Assembly (NCBI RefSeq): GCF_030384885.1 | Contig: NZ_CP128613.1 | Direction: 5' to 3' (one strand) | DNA from: Escherichia coli | Lineage (GTDB): Bacteria; Pseudomonadota; Gammaproteobacteria; Enterobacterales; Enterobacteriaceae | DNA: 64,000 bases | Part shown: in pieces, positions 24,679-40,301 of the stretch | Numbering within the stretch: position 1 is the first letter of the stretch | How the letters are laid out: each line of letters opens with the position of its first letter | The notes under the pieces: generated by a model | What the model saw: only the letters and a program-made list of their open reading frames with translations | Databases searched by the model: none | What the model was told of the DNA's origin: nothing | Made by a program: the position numbers and the translations under genes

Positions 24679-25136
24679 TTATTTTCCTCGTCATGTTGCA
24701 ATGAAAATTTGCGGTGAAAAATGTTAAGGCGGCGGAGTATACCATAAGCTTTGCTAAAAATAGCAGTGGTTGTTTTTTGAGCGTGCCGTCAACGGTGCTA
24801 TTAAATGCGTTAATATAATGACCAATAAATATTTTTATCATGAATGTTTTTTGCCCGTATTGTTCGGGTTAATTAATGTTACATATTCAGCGGGCTGATT
24901 TTCATTTTTGCTGAATAAAGGTAATTTTTGTCACATTTCGTCGCAGGGCTTACTGTGAAACGATCCGGTAAGCCGTTGGTGACGGGCGTGACCATAACTG
25001 TGGACAATCGAATTGACAAAAACGAGAGAAAAATCGAATACCCACCATTTTTAACGTTTCAAAGTTGCAATAAAAACCGCTAATATACGAATGACTAACT
25101 ATCAGTAGCGTTATCCCTATTTCTGGAGATATTCCT

Positions 25137-25793
25137 TTGATCAACGTTCTACTTGTTGATGACCACGAACTGGTGCGCGCAGGGATACGACGCATTCTGG
25201 AAGATATAAAGGGTATAAAAGTCGTCGGTGAGGCATCGTGCGGTGAAGACGCCGTTAAGTGGTGCCGGTCAAATGCCGTTGACGTGGTGCTAATGGACAT
25301 GAGTATGCCGGGCATTGGCGGTCTTGAGGCGACGCGTAAAATCGCGCGTTCCACAGCTGATGTAAAAATCATCATGCTTACGGTCCATACAGAAAACCCT
25401 TTACCAGCGAAAGTCATGCAGGCCGGTGCTGCTGGCTACCTCAGCAAAGGCGCGGCTCCGCAGGAAGTCGTGAGTGCGATCCGTTCTGTCTATTCTGGGC
25501 AGCGTTACATTGCTTCTGACATCGCTCAACAAATGGCGTTAAGCCAGATCGAACCAGAAAAAACAGAAAGCCCATTTGCCAGTTTGTCTGAACGTGAATT
25601 GCAGATTATGCTGATGATCACCAAGGGCCAGAAGGTCAATGAGATCTCAGAACAGCTCAATCTCAGTCCGAAAACGGTGAACAGCTACCGCTATCGTATG
25701 TTCAGTAAACTAAACATTCATGGCGATGTTGAGCTGACTCACCTGGCAATTCGCCATGGTCTGTGTAATGCGGAGACATTATCAAGTCAGTGA
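25137..25793 (+). CDS. uvrY: Two-component response regulator UvrY (BarA partner)
   Basis: 218-aa [29 protein letters not shown]...; start codon is TTG at 25137-25139. Confidence 0.92.
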
Positions 25794-27622
25794 GTGATCA
25801 GTTTGACGCAAAAGCGTTTTTAAAAACCGTAACCAGCCAGCCAGGCGTTTATCGCATGTACGATGCTGGTGGTACGGTTATCTATGTCGGCAAAGCGAAA
25901 GACCTGAAAAAACGGCTTTCCAGCTATTTCCGTAGCAACCTCGCTTCGCGCAAAACCGAAGCGCTGGTCGCCCAGATCCAGCAAATTGATGTAACGGTTA
26001 CTCATACAGAAACCGAAGCGCTGTTGCTGGAACACAACTACATCAAACTCTATCAGCCGCGTTACAACGTTTTGCTACGCGATGATAAATCTTATCCTTT
26101 TATCTTCCTGAGTGGCGATACCCACCCGCGTCTGGCGATGCATCGTGGTGCGAAGCATGCCAAAGGTGAATATTTCGGCCCGTTCCCGAATGGCTATGCC
26201 GTACGTGAAACACTGGCGTTACTGCAAAAGATATTCCCCATTCGCCAGTGCGAAAATAGTGTTTATCGCAATCGCTCGCGTCCGTGTCTGCAATATCAGA
26301 TAGGGCGCTGTCTGGGACCGTGCGTTGAAGGACTGGTGAGTGAAGAAGAATACGCTCAGCAGGTCGAGTATGTGCGCCTGTTTTTGTCTGGCAAAGATGA
26401 TCAGGTGCTTACGCAACTCATTAGCCGTATGGAAACTGCCAGCCAGAATCTGGAGTTTGAAGAAGCGGCACGTATTCGCGACCAAATTCAGGCGGTGCGA
26501 CGCGTCACCGAAAAACAGTTTGTGTCCAATACCGGCGACGACCTTGACGTTATTGGTGTGGCGTTCGATGCGGGCATGGCTTGTGTCCACGTATTGTTCA
26601 TTCGTCAGGGTAAAGTGCTCGGCAGCCGCAGCTATTTCCCGAAAGTGCCGGGCGGTACGGAACTGAGCGAGGTGGTGGAAACCTTCGTAGGTCAGTTCTA
26701 TTTACAAGGCAGCCAGATGCGCACCTTACCGGGTGAGATCCTGCTCGATTTTAATCTTAGCGATAAAACGCTGCTCGCCGATTCCCTTTCAGAACTGGCG
26801 GGACGCAAGATTAATGTTCAAACCAAACCTCGCGGCGATCGGGCGCGTTATCTGAAACTCGCGCGCACCAATGCGGCGACGGCCTTAACCAGCAAACTTT
26901 CGCAGCAATCTACCGTTCACCAGCGACTGACCGCGCTTGCCAGCGTGTTGAAATTGCCAGAAGTGAAGCGGATGGAGTGCTTTGACATCAGCCATACCAT
27001 GGGTGAACAAACCGTCGCCTCCTGTGTGGTATTTGATGCTAACGGCCCGCTGCGTGCGGAGTATCGGCGCTATAACATTACTGGCATTACGCCGGGCGAT
27101 GATTATGCGGCGATGAATCAGGTGCTGCGTCGGCGTTATGGTAAAGCCATCGACGACAGTAAGATCCCGGATGTGATCCTTATCGACGGCGGCAAAGGCC
27201 AGCTTGCACAGGCGAAAAATGTCTTCGCCGAACTGGATGTCTCATGGGATAAAAATCATCCGCTGCTACTTGGCGTTGCCAAAGGAGCAGATCGTAAGGC
27301 TGGGCTAGAAACGCTGTTCTTTGAGCCGGAAGGTGAGGGATTCAGTTTGCCGCCAGATTCTCCCGCGCTGCATGTTATCCAACATATTCGCGACGAATCA
27401 CACGATCACGCGATTGGCGGGCACCGCAAAAAACGGGCGAAGGTCAAAAATACCAGTTCCCTGGAAACCATTGAAGGCGTCGGGCCAAAACGTCGGCAAA
27501 TGTTGTTGAAATATATGGGCGGTTTGCAAGGTTTACGTAACGCCAGCGTCGAGGAAATTGCAAAAGTGCCGGGTATTTCGCAAGGTCTGGCAGAAAAGAT
27601 CTTCTGGTCGTTGAAACATTGA
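25790..27622 (+). CDS. uvrC: Excinuclease ABC subunit C (UvrC)
   Basis: 610-aa [45 protein letters not shown]...; 4-nt overlap with uvrY. Confidence 0.95.
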
Positions 27623-27678
27623 TGTCTCTGTAGCAACATAGGGGTAATCTTACTGACAACAGATAGTTACCCGTCATT

Positions 27679-28227
27679 ATGCAATTTAATATCCCTACGT
27701 TGCTTACACTGTTCCGTGTCATCCTTATCCCATTCTTTGTATTGGTCTTTTATCTGCCTGTCACCTGGTCGCCGTTTGCCGCCGCGCTCATTTTCTGCGT
27801 CGCGGCGGTGACTGACTGGTTCGATGGTTTTCTGGCACGCCGCTGGAACCAGAGTACCCGGTTTGGTGCTTTCCTTGACCCTGTAGCAGATAAAGTTCTC
27901 GTGGCTATCGCCATGGTGCTGGTAACCGAGCATTATCACAGCTGGTGGGTGACATTACCGGCGGCAACGATGATCGCCCGTGAAATTATTATTTCTGCGC
28001 TACGCGAATGGATGGCAGAGTTGGGTAAACGCAGTAGCGTGGCTGTCTCCTGGATTGGGAAAGTGAAAACCACTGCCCAGATGGTAGCGCTGGCCTGGCT
28101 GCTGTGGCGTCCGAACATTTGGGTTGAGTACGCCGGTATTGCACTTTTCTTTGTGGCTGCGGTACTGACTCTGTGGTCAATGTTGCAATATTTGAGCGCT
28201 GCGCGTGCAGATTTGCTTGATCAGTGA
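27679..28227 (+). CDS. pgsA: CDP-diacylglycerol--glycerol-3-phosphate 3-phosphatidyltransferase PgsA
   Basis: 182-aa [39 protein letters not shown]... Confidence 0.93.
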
Positions 28228-28277
28228 TCGTTTCGGCGCAATTTTCAGCAAACGATCAAAAGTGGTGAAAAATATCG

Positions 28278-28305
28278 TTGACTCATCGCGCCAGGTAAGT
28301 AGAAT
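28278..28305 (+). promoter_or_regulatory. sigma70-type promoter of the glyW-cysT-leuZ tRNA operon
   Basis: TTGACT-N16-TAGAAT followed by GC-rich discriminator gcaacgcatc, about 70 nt upstream of glyW. Confidence 0.6.
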
Positions 28306-28378
28306 GCAACGCATCGAACGGCGGCACTGATTGCCAGACGATAATAAAATCAAGTGATTAACTGATTGCTTGATGAAT

Positions 28379-28454
<76 letters not shown>

Positions 28455-28507
28455 GTTTAAAAGACATCGGCTTCAGCGGATGTCCGGCTGAAAGGCCTGA
28501 AGAATTT

Positions 28508-28581
28508 GGCGCGTTAACAAAGCGGTTATGTAGCGGATTGCAAATCCGTCTAGTCCGGTTCGACTCCGGAACGCGCCTCCA
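28508..28581 (+). tRNA. cysT: tRNA-Cys (anticodon GCA)
   Basis: ggcgcgttaacaaagcggttatgtagcggattgcaaatccgtctagtccggttcgactccggaacgcgcctcca. Confidence 0.95.
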
Positions 28582-28593
28582 CTTTCTTCCCGA

Positions 28594-28680
28594 GCCCGGA
28601 TGGTGGAATCGGTAGACACAAGGGATTTAAAATCCCTCGGCGTTCGCGCTGTGCGGGTTCAAGTCCCGCTCCGGGTACCA
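28594..28680 (+). tRNA. leuZ: tRNA-Leu (anticodon TAA), long variable arm
   Basis: gcccggatggtggaatcggtagacacaagggatttaaaatccctcggcgttcgcgctgtgcgggttcaagtcccgctccgggtacca. Confidence 0.95.
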
Positions 28681-28723
28681 TGGGAAAGATAAGAATAAAA
28701 TCAAAGCAATAAGCAGTGTCGTG

Positions 28724-28747
28724 AAACCACCTTCGGGTGGTTTTTTT
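28724..28747 (+). terminator. Rho-independent terminator of the tRNA operon
   Basis: aaaccacc-ttcg-ggtggttt followed by a T-run. Confidence 0.8.
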
Positions 28748-28875
28748 GTACCTGCAACTTGTCGTTACACCCTCCTTAATTTTTAATCACCGGCAAAGCC
28801 ACTCAAAAAGTATCTCTGATACGGACCGACATGTAAGATAGGTGTTGGCGAGTTGAGATCCACAAGGAAAAGCGT

Positions 28876-29541
28876 ATGAAAACGGGACCGTTAAACGAAA
28901 GTGAGTTGGAATGGCTGGACGATATTCTGACCAAATACAACACTGACCACGCCATTCTTGATGTGGCGGAGCTGGACGGTTTATTGACGGCGGTGTTGAG
29001 TTCTCCGCAAGAGATTGAACCGGCACAGTGGCTGGTTGCCGTATGGGGTGGGGGTGACTATGTGCCACGCTGGGCGTCAGAGAAAGAGATGACGCGCTTT
29101 ATGAACCTGGCTTTTCAGCATATGGCCGATACCGCAGAGCGTCTGAACGAATTCCCGGAGCAGTTTGAGCCGTTATTCGGCTTGCGAGAAGTCGATGGCA
29201 GCGAGCTGACGATTGTTGAGGAGTGGTGCTTTGGCTATATGCGGGGCGTGGCACTTTCTGACTGGTCAACGTTGCCCGATTCGTTAAAACCGGCGCTGGA
29301 GGCGATTGCGCTGCACGGCACTGAGGAAAACTTCGAGCGGGTAGAGAAGATGTCGCCAGAAGCGTTTGAAGAGAGCGTAGATGCCATTCGACTGGCGGCG
29401 CTTGATTTACATGCATACTGGATGGCGCATCCGCAGGAAAAAGCTGTTCAGCAACCGATCAAAGCAGAAGAGAAACCGGGTCGTAACGATCCTTGTCCGT
29501 GCGGCAGTGGTAAGAAATTTAAGCAGTGCTGCCTGCATTAA
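28876..29541 (+). CDS. yecA: UPF0149-family protein YecA with C-terminal SEC-C metal-binding motif
   Basis: 221-aa ORF ending ...[21 protein letters not shown]. Confidence 0.88.
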   Translation: MKTGPLNESELEWLDDILTKYNTDHAILDVAELDGLLTAVLSSPQEIEPAQWLVAVWGGGDYVPRWASEKEMTRFMNLAFQHMADTAERLNEFPEQFEPLFGLREVDGSELTIVEEWCFGYMRGVALSDWSTLPDSLKPALEAIALHGTEENFERVEKMSPEAFEESVDAIRLAALDLHAYWMAHPQEKAVQQPIKAEEKPGRNDPCPCGSGKKFKQCCLH

Positions 29542-29551
29542 GAGGTCAAAT

Positions 29552-29579
29552 TGGGTGTCAGCGTTAATTCTGGCACCCA
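29552..29579. terminator. Bidirectional stem-loop between convergent yecA and tyrP
   Basis: tgggtgtcag-cgttaatt-ctggcaccca (10-bp stem, one mismatch). Confidence 0.45.
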
Positions 29580-29590
29580 ATAAGATCTAA

Positions 29591-30802
29591 TCATCCCACT
29601 TCTGGTAACAAGCCTGCCGCAATCAAAAATTGCACGCCAATCACAGCAATACCACAGAGAAACACCACCACCAGCGCCGGACGACCACCTTTCACCCGAT
29701 AACCCGCCTGAGGATTGTGTTTCCTGCTTTGCCAGGTCAGCAGCGAAGGGATAATCAATGCCAGTACCGCCAGCGCCACACCGGCGTAACCCAGCGCCAT
29801 CACAAAACCTCGTGGGTAAAACAGTGCAAACGCCAGTGGCGGCAAAAAGGTAATTGCACCAGTTTGCAATCGTCCACCAACGGTATTTGAACGCTGAAAC
29901 AAATCGGCCAGATAATCAAATAAACCTAATGCTACACCAAGGAAGGACGTGGCGAGGGCCAAATCAGCAAATAAATGCACCGCCAGTTCAACATGCGGTG
30001 AGGCCACCATTTCGTTTAACGCATGTAACAGCCCGTTTAATCCGGCATGATTAGCCAGCAATCCCATAAAGGTTGTTGAATCAATGCTGCCAAGCGTCGC
30101 CAGCTGCCAGAAAATATATGCCACCAGGGGGATCGCACTACCGGTTATAAACACCCAGCGTAGCTTACGAATATTGCCATCCATATAACTGACAATGCTC
30201 GGCACGCTACCGTGAAAACCAAACGATGTAAAAATCACTGGGATTGCAGACAGTGCCAGCCCCTGTTGCAACGGCAGGGTTAAAAGATTCACCTTATGAA
30301 TATGCGGAAGTAGCAGTACCAGCATCACCACCAGAAAAATAATTTTGGCGCTGAACAGAAAACGGTTAAATAAATCGACCAGCGAAGTTCCGACACAAAC
30401 CACGCCACCGGCAACAAAAGTGAACAACAGCACGCCAGCGGTTGCCGTCATTGAAATACCTGTCCAGTCGCTGATGCTGGAAGCCAACAATTCACCAGCA
30501 CCGCTGATGTATGCCGCAGTCAGAGCATACATTAAGAACATCATACTGAAGCCCGTCAGCCACTGACCGTATCGTCCCAGATAGCGTTTTGCCAGCGTGC
30601 CCAGACCGGTATCTGCCGGGACATGCTGGTACACCTCCAGTAGTAATAGCGCCGTGTAGCACATCAACGCCCAAAGCCCAATCAACAAGATTAACGTGAC
30701 GCTAAAACCAACACCTGCCGCAGCCAGCGGCATTGCCAGCATACCTGCGCCAATTGTGGTTCCCGCCACGATAAAAACACTTCCCAGAGTTCTGTTTTTC
30801 AC
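29591..30802 (-). CDS. tyrP: Tyrosine-specific permease TyrP
   Basis: 403-aa polytopic membrane [36 protein letters not shown]... Confidence 0.92.
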   Translation of the reverse strand: MKNRTLGSVFIVAGTTIGAGMLAMPLAAAGVGFSVTLILLIGLWALMCYTALLLLEVYQHVPADTGLGTLAKRYLGRYGQWLTGFSMMFLMYALTAAYISGAGELLASSISDWTGISMTATAGVLLFTFVAGGVVCVGTSLVDLFNRFLFSAKIIFLVVMLVLLLPHIHKVNLLTLPLQQGLALSAIPVIFTSFGFHGSVPSIVSYMDGNIRKLRWVFITGSAIPLVAYIFWQLATLGSIDSTTFMGLLANHAGLNGLLHALNEMVASPHVELAVHLFADLALATSFLGVALGLFDYLADLFQRSNTVGGRLQTGAITFLPPLAFALFYPRGFVMALGYAGVALAVLALIIPSLLTWQSRKHNPQAGYRVKGGRPALVVVFLCGIAVIGVQFLIAAGLLPEVG

Positions 30803-30893
30803 GCTTTCTTCTGTCCTGACGATCTTTATGAGTGATATCTGCGGCGCAGGTTAAGGCATAACGGCTGCTTCGTCAAACCGGCGTTACATATAG

Positions 30894-30911
30894 TGTAAAT
30901 ATAAATGTACA
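30894..30911. promoter_or_regulatory. TyrR box upstream of tyrP
   Basis: TGTAAA-tataaa-TGTACA against consensus TGTAAA-N6-TTTACA; an overlapping weaker box ttacatatagtgtaaa lies just upstream. Confidence 0.6.
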
Positions 30912-30992
30912 ATAAAATGCGTTCAGTCCTGCGCTGGCGCAAAGTCTTGGTAAGCGGCAATCGCTACGCTAGCCTTTTTTTGAGGAGGAACG

Positions 30993-31232
30993 ATGGACTC
31001 TATTCACGGTCATGAAGTGTTAAATATGATGATTGAATCAGGTGAGCAATATACGCATGCCAGTCTGGAAGCTGCGATTAAAGCGCGTTTTGGTGAACAG
31101 GTACGTTTTCACACTTGCTCGGCAGAAGGGATGACAGCGGGAGAGCTGGTAGCGTTTCTGGCAGCAAAAGGCAAATTTATACCTTCGGAAGAAGGTTTTT
31201 CGACCGATCAGAGTAAGATTTGCCGTCACTGA
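30993..31232 (+). CDS. yecH: Small protein YecH (DUF2492)
   Basis: 79-aa ORF MDSIHGHEVLNMMIESGEQYTHASLEAAIKARFGEQVRFHTCSAEG... Confidence 0.85.
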   Translation: MDSIHGHEVLNMMIESGEQYTHASLEAAIKARFGEQVRFHTCSAEGMTAGELVAFLAAKGKFIPSEEGFSTDQSKICRH

Positions 31233-31269
31233 TTTGAAACGGCGGCAGTAAACCTGCCGCCGGAGAACA

Positions 31270-31767
31270 TTAGTTTTGTGTGTCGAGGGTAGAGAGTTCT
31301 TTGTCGATAAAATACAAACCTTCGCCGCTTTTGCCTGCCAGACTTAATTTATCAATAATCGATTTGAACAGTTTCTCTTCTTCATGCTGCTCAGAAACAT
31401 ACCATTGCAGGAAATTAAATGTTGGGTAGTCCTGATTGGTCATTGCAGCATGAGCCAGTTCGTTAATTTTCTGCGTGATTAATTGTTCGTGTTTATAGGT
31501 TTCCTGGAATAATTCATCAAGTGAAGAATATTCAGCAAACGGAGATTCAACGGTATTAATACGCGGTAAGTTTCCGGTATCAGTCAGGTAATCAAACAGA
31601 CGCTGCATATGCGTCATCTCTTCCTGGGCGTGACGGCGCAGGAACGCGGCAGCACCTTCGAAGGTATGATAGCTGCACCAGGCGCTCATTTGCTGATAAA
31701 GCAGTGAAGAGTACAGTTCCAGGTTCATCTGCTCATTAAGTTTTTCAATCATTTCTGGTTTCAGCAT
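31270..31767 (-). CDS. ftnA: Ferritin FtnA
   Basis: 165-aa product [40 protein letters not shown]...; the track ORF 31270..31782 starts 5 codons upstream. Confidence 0.92.
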
Positions 31768-31938
31768 GATAGTGCTCCACAAAGGTTATATTTGTTGCTG
31801 TGGCGTCACTATAATTTGTTATTTTATTATTTGCAAAAGGTAAAATATAAACATCATTTATTAAAAATACGAATGGGAATAAAACGCATTACCGCTATTT
31901 ATTTAATCAGCGAAGATCCCCCTCGCTGATTAAAACGT

Positions 31939-32262
31939 TTAGAGAAAGACAGGGAAGGCGGAATGATGGCACTGATATGACAAAGTGAATTCCGTATTCA
32001 AACATAAGGAACCCGCAAAGAGGCTACAGTTGCCTACTGGCTGACCAAAGGGGATAGCGTGGGTATAGCCTTCCAGCTGGCATGCGCGATCGGCGATCCC
32101 GCGACTGACATAACGATCGGTACGGGCATGCTGCAAAAAAGCCTGATCATAAACCAACCGAACAATACCTGTTGCCGCGTCAACTTCGCCCACATGAGCC
32201 TGGCGAGTAACTGTGCACCCCGCCAGCGTTATTAATGAAAGAGTCAGAATCAGAAGTCTCAT
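31939..32262 (-). CDS. yecR: Lipoprotein YecR (flagellar-regulon member by established knowledge)
   Basis: 107-aa ORF with lipobox MRLLILTLSLITLAGC. Confidence 0.85.
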   Translation of the reverse strand: MRLLILTLSLITLAGCTVTRQAHVGEVDAATGIVRLVYDQAFLQHARTDRYVSRGIADRACQLEGYTHAIPFGQPVGNCSLFAGSLCLNTEFTLSYQCHHSAFPVFL

Positions 32263-32426
32263 GGTCCAGCCAGAAGAGTAAAAGAAAGCAGTATTTTACG
32301 TGTTACAGCGCTGCGACAATGGCCGGAAAAGACGCCTGGCAGGCGCTATTTCTCGCCATCTGTATGTGTCAGAAATGGGGGTGCTGCCTTTTGATTATCA
32401 TTTTTATAACATTAAAGGGGTATTTA

Positions 32427-32442
32427 TGTGATTTGCATCACA
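32427..32442. promoter_or_regulatory. CRP-binding site upstream of azuC
   Basis: TGTGA-tttgca-TCACA, a perfect match to the CRP half-site consensus; about 85 nt upstream of the azuC ATG. Confidence 0.6.
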
Positions 32443-32524
32443 TAAAGATTGATTTTTGTGATGGTTGTCATATTATAAGTGCAAAGACAATAACACCTGC
32501 ATAACAAATAGTCGGAGTGCCGCG

Positions 32525-32611
32525 ATGAAACTGCGCAAGATCCTGAAAAGTATGTTCAATAACTATTGCAAGACGTTCAAAGACGTACCGCCAGGCAATA
32601 TGTTCCGATAA
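32525..32611 (+). CDS. azuC: 28-aa small membrane-associated protein AzuC
   Basis: ATG 32525 to TAA 32609-32611, MKLRKILKSMFNNYCKTFKDVPPGNMFR; below the ORF-track size cut-off. Confidence 0.85.
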   Translation: MKLRKILKSMFNNYCKTFKDVPPGNMFR

Positions 32612-32639
32612 CAAAAAACCTGCTCCGGCAGGTTTTTTT
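32612..32639 (+). terminator. Rho-independent terminator after azuC
   Basis: aaaaaacctgc-tccg-gcaggttttttt. Confidence 0.8.
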
Positions 32640-32725
32640 GTGTCCTGATGACGGTGTATGTGACTATCGCTGAAGATGTGAAGCCGCTACTATAACGGCT
32701 TTCAAAATGCTATCAGGAGTTTACG

Positions 32726-32977
32726 ATGTCCCAGCCGCTGAATGCCGATCAGGAACTGGTTTCTGATGTGGTTGCTTGCCAGTTGGTTATCAAACAAATT
32801 CTCGACGTTCTCGATGTGATCGCACCCGTTGAAGTTCGCGAAAAAATGTCCAGCCAGCTGAAGAATATCGACTTTACTCACCATCCCGCCGCCGCAGACC
32901 CGGTCACCATGCGGGCAATCCAAAAAGCCATCGCGCTGATTGAACTCAAGTTTACCCCACAGGGCGAATCCCATTAA
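32726..32977 (+). CDS. yecJ: Small protein YecJ (DUF2766)
   Basis: 83-aa [40 protein letters not shown]... Confidence 0.85.
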   Translation: MSQPLNADQELVSDVVACQLVIKQILDVLDVIAPVEVREKMSSQLKNIDFTHHPAAADPVTMRAIQKAIALIELKFTPQGESH

Positions 32978-33054
32978 AAAACCGCTGCTTCAAAAAGATG
33001 AGGCAGCGGTTTCTCAAAAACTTCATCGGCGCAATGCATTAGCGCCGATGATGA

Positions 33055-33558
33055 TCAATGCAGCTGATGCGACACGACATTCAGAACATGTTGGTCGGTC
33101 TGCACAGGGCACATACCAGCAAGTTTCGCACTGCGCACTTCATCAAGAATGGTTTGCAGCAACAGGCCATCATGCTGCTGCTCTTTTTCCAGATCGCGCA
33201 GGAAATTGACGGTTGAATCATCATTCAGTTCTTTAGCTTCATCGGCTAACTGTGCCAGCGTGCTTGAACGTTGCTCGTATTCTTCCATCGTTTTTTGGAA
33301 AAGTTCTTCCAGTGAGTTCAGTTTTTCACCGGGAACATCAATGGCTTTAACGATGGGAGTAGCGCCGACACTCTTCATAAAGTTAAACATGCGCATCATT
33401 TGGGTCACGTTACTCTGTGCCTGGGCGCGAAGGAAAGTGGCGGTGCCGTTCAGACTCTGTTCAGAACACCAGTTACTCAGGTGAAGGTAGAGATTGGATG
33501 CGTAAAACTCGCGGTTCATTTGAGAGTTGAGTTTGAGAAGCATTCCAGCGGTTGCCAT
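33055..33558 (-). CDS. ftnB: Ferritin-like protein FtnB
   Basis: 167-aa [43 protein letters not shown]... Confidence 0.9.
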   Translation of the reverse strand: MATAGMLLKLNSQMNREFYASNLYLHLSNWCSEQSLNGTATFLRAQAQSNVTQMMRMFNFMKSVGATPIVKAIDVPGEKLNSLEELFQKTMEEYEQRSSTLAQLADEAKELNDDSTVNFLRDLEKEQQHDGLLLQTILDEVRSAKLAGMCPVQTDQHVLNVVSHQLH

Positions 33559-34354
33559 ACCTAATATCCTTATATCCAGAAGTGGAGAGGTGCAAGATAA
33601 ATCAAAACACCATAATTACTGTTTGCAGAATAATTCCTTTCTGCCGGTCCGAAATGTGATCGTGGAGTCAATTCTGACGATGATCTGAAATAAGAATAAC
33701 GTCTGAACGGGTATAAGAAAATGCTTAAATCATCAAGTTTATATATTTTTACATTTCATTGATGAAATCAATGTAACTGCAATGAATTTTAATGATGATG
33801 CTTTTTGTATCTTGTTGATATTAATAGGGGGATTTGAATTCATGATGAAGCAATGATTTTTTAAAACGTTTTTTCATTTTTGCGATATGGCTCTCAGTAT
33901 ACGTGTTCTGTTAATTAATGAGCACGGTGATAATTAATGGCGAAATGAATGACGCTCATTTTCCACATCTTTGAGTTGCGGTTATTACACCATTTCAAAA
34001 ACTCAACGCCAGGTAATGCAGCCTATTGACTGGTTAAAAAGAAGACATCCCGCATGGGTACCAAAGACAACAAGGATTTCCAGGCTAATCTTATGGATTA
34101 ATCTGCTGCGTGCTCGGTGATTTGTCTGACAAATAAGCTTTTCCTTATGTCTTTTCCCGCTAAATTTATGCACGTTCTCACTGTAATTCTGCGATGTGAT
34201 ATTGCTCTCCTATGGAGAATTAATTTCTCGCTAAAACTATGTCAACACAGTCACTTATCTTTTAGTTAAAAGGTAATGCTTTGTTTTCCGATTAAATTAA
34301 CGAGAGTTATTCGTTTTTGCCCTACACAAAACGACACTAAAGCTGGAGAGAACC
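33559..34354. promoter_or_regulatory. AT-rich divergent ftnB / araFGH control region (AraC- and CRP-dependent araF promoter by established knowledge)
   Basis: About 800 bp of AT-rich non-coding DNA between divergent genes; individual sites not mapped. Confidence 0.4.
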
Positions 34355-35344
34355 ATGCACAAATTTACTAAAGCCCTGGCAGCCATTGGTCTGGCAGCCG
34401 TTATGTCACAATCCGCTATGGCGGAGAACCTGAAGCTCGGTTTCCTGGTGAAGCAACCGGAAGAGCCGTGGTTCCAGACCGAATGGAAGTTTGCCGATAA
34501 AGCCGGGAAGGATTTAGGGTTTGAAGTTATTAAGATTGCCGTGCCGGATGGCGAAAAAACATTGAACGCTATCGACAGCCTGGCTGCCAGTGGCGCGAAA
34601 GGTTTCGTTATTTGTACTCCGGACCCGAAACTCGGCTCTGCCATCGTGGCGAAAGCGCGTGGCTACGATATGAAAGTCATTGCCGTGGATGACCAGTTTG
34701 TTAACGCCAAAGGCAAGCCAATGGATACCGTTCCGCTGGTGATGATGGCAGCGACCAAAATTGGCGAACGTCAGGGCCAGGAACTGTATAAAGAGATGCA
34801 GAAACGTGGCTGGGATGTCAAAGAAAGCGCGGTGATGGCGATTACCTCCAACGAACTGGATACGGCTCGTCGCCGTACTACGGGTTCTATGGATGCGCTG
34901 AAAGCTGCAGGATTCCCGGAAAAACAAATTTATCAGGTACCTACCAAATCTAACGACATCCCGGGGGCATTTGACGCTGCCAACTCAATGCTGGTTCAAC
35001 ATCCGGAAGTTAAACATTGGCTGATCGTCGGTATGAACGACAGCACCGTGCTGGGCGGCGTACGCGCGACGGAAGGTCAGGGCTTTAAAGCGGCCGATAT
35101 TATCGGTATCGGTATTAACGGTGTGGATGCGGTGAGCGAACTGTCTAAGGCACAGGCAACCGGCTTCTACGGATCACTGCTGCCAAGCCCGGATGTACAT
35201 GGTTATAAGTCCAGCGAAATGCTTTACAACTGGGTCGCAAAAGGTGTCGAACCGACCAAATTCACCGAAGTTACCGACGTGGTGCTGATCACGCGTGACA
35301 ACTTTAAAGAAGAACTGGAGAAAAAAGGGTTAGGCGGTAAGTAA
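34355..35344 (+). CDS. araF: L-arabinose ABC transporter periplasmic binding protein AraF
   Basis: 329-aa ORF with signal peptide MHKFTKALAAIGLAAVMSQSAMA. Confidence 0.93.
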   Translation: MHKFTKALAAIGLAAVMSQSAMAENLKLGFLVKQPEEPWFQTEWKFADKAGKDLGFEVIKIAVPDGEKTLNAIDSLAASGAKGFVICTPDPKLGSAIVAKARGYDMKVIAVDDQFVNAKGKPMDTVPLVMMAATKIGERQGQELYKEMQKRGWDVKESAVMAITSNELDTARRRTTGSMDALKAAGFPEKQIYQVPTKSNDIPGAFDAANSMLVQHPEVKHWLIVGMNDSTVLGGVRATEGQGFKAADIIGIGINGVDAVSELSKAQATGFYGSLLPSPDVHGYKSSEMLYNWVAKGVEPTKFTEVTDVVLITRDNFKEELEKKGLGGK

Positions 35345-35413
35345 TCTGCCGAAAAAATTCCCCTCTGTATGATGCAGAGGGGGTGTGAACGACCAGTGAT
35401 TCTCGGAGACGTT

Positions 35414-36928
35414 ATGCAACAGTCTACCCCGTATCTCTCATTTCGCGGCATCGGTAAAACGTTTCCCGGCGTTAAGGCGCTGACGGATATTAGTTTTGAC
35501 TGCTATGCCGGTCAGGTTCATGCGTTGATGGGTGAAAATGGCGCAGGAAAATCAACTCTCTTAAAAATCCTCAGCGGCAACTATGCGCCAACCACGGGTT
35601 CTGTAGTGATTAATGGGCAGGAAATGTCCTTTTCCGACACAACCGCAGCACTTAACGCGCGTGTGGCGATTATTTACCAGGAACTGCATCTCGTGCCGGA
35701 AATGACCGTCGCGGAAAACATCTATCTCGGCCAGCTGCCGCATAAAGGCGGCATTGTGAATCGCTCATTGCTGAATTATGAGGCGGGTTTACAACTTAAA
35801 CATCTTGGTATGGATATTGACCCGGACACGCCGCTGAAATATCTCTCCATTGGTCAGTGGCAGATGGTTGAAATTGCCAAAGCGCTGGCGCGTAACGCCA
35901 AAATTATCGCCTTTGATGAGCCAACCAGCTCCCTCTCTGCCCGTGAAATCGACAATCTTTTCCGCGTTATTCGTGAACTGCGAAAAGAGGGGCGGGTGAT
36001 CTTATACGTTTCTCACCGTATGGAAGAAATATTTGCCCTCAGCGATGCCATCACCGTCTTTAAAGATGGGCGTTATGTCAAAACCTTTACTGATATGCAG
36101 CAGGTTGACCACGACGCCCTGGTGCAGGCGATGGTCGGGCGCGACATCGGCGATATCTACGGTTGGCAACCGCGTAGTTATGGCGAGGAGCGGCTGCGTC
36201 TTGATGCTGTGAAAGCACCAGGCGTGCGTACGCCAATAAGTCTGGCGGTTCGCAGTGGAGAAATTGTCGGTCTGTTTGGTCTGGTCGGGGCTGGGCGTAG
36301 CGAATTAATGAAAGGCATGTTTGGCGGTACGCAAATCACCGCCGGTCAGGTTTATATCGACCAACGGCCGATTGATATTCGTAAACCGAGCCACGCTATT
36401 GCCGCAGGCATGATGCTCTGCCCGGAAGATCGCAAAGCGGAAGGCATTATTCCTGTGCACTCCGTTCGCGACAATATCAACATCAGTGCCAGACGTAAAC
36501 ATGTGCTCGGCGGTTGTGTAATCAACAACGGTTGGGAAGAAAACAATGCGGATCACCATATTCGCTCGCTCAACATCAAAACGCCGGGCGCTGAGCAACT
36601 GATCATGAATCTCTCAGGCGGAAATCAGCAAAAAGCCATTCTGGGTCGCTGGTTATCGGAAGAGATGAAGGTCATTTTGCTGGATGAACCTACGCGCGGC
36701 ATTGATGTTGGTGCTAAGCATGAAATTTACAACGTGATTTATGCGCTGGCAGCGCAGGGCGTGGCGGTGCTGTTTGCCTCCAGCGACTTACCTGAAGTCC
36801 TCGGAGTTGCCGACCGGATTGTGGTGATGCGCGAAGGCGAAATCGCCGGTGAATTGTTACACGAGCAGGCAGATGAGCGTCAGGCATTAAGCCTTGCGAT
36901 GCCTAAAGTCAGCCAGGCAGTTGCCTGA
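35414..36928 (+). CDS. araG: L-arabinose ABC transporter ATP-binding protein AraG (tandem ABC domains)
   Basis: 504-aa product [28 protein letters not shown]... within track ORF 35369..36928; two Walker A motifs. Confidence 0.93.
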   Translation: MQQSTPYLSFRGIGKTFPGVKALTDISFDCYAGQVHALMGENGAGKSTLLKILSGNYAPTTGSVVINGQEMSFSDTTAALNARVAIIYQELHLVPEMTVAENIYLGQLPHKGGIVNRSLLNYEAGLQLKHLGMDIDPDTPLKYLSIGQWQMVEIAKALARNAKIIAFDEPTSSLSAREIDNLFRVIRELRKEGRVILYVSHRMEEIFALSDAITVFKDGRYVKTFTDMQQVDHDALVQAMVGRDIGDIYGWQPRSYGEERLRLDAVKAPGVRTPISLAVRSGEIVGLFGLVGAGRSELMKGMFGGTQITAGQVYIDQRPIDIRKPSHAIAAGMMLCPEDRKAEGIIPVHSVRDNINISARRKHVLGGCVINNGWEENNADHHIRSLNIKTPGAEQLIMNLSGGNQQKAILGRWLSEEMKVILLDEPTRGIDVGAKHEIYNVIYALAAQGVAVLFASSDLPEVLGVADRIVVMREGEIAGELLHEQADERQALSLAMPKVSQAVA

Positions 36929-36939
36929 GTAAGGAGAGT

Positions 36940-40295
<3,356 letters not shown>

Positions 40296-40301
40296 GTGCG
40301 G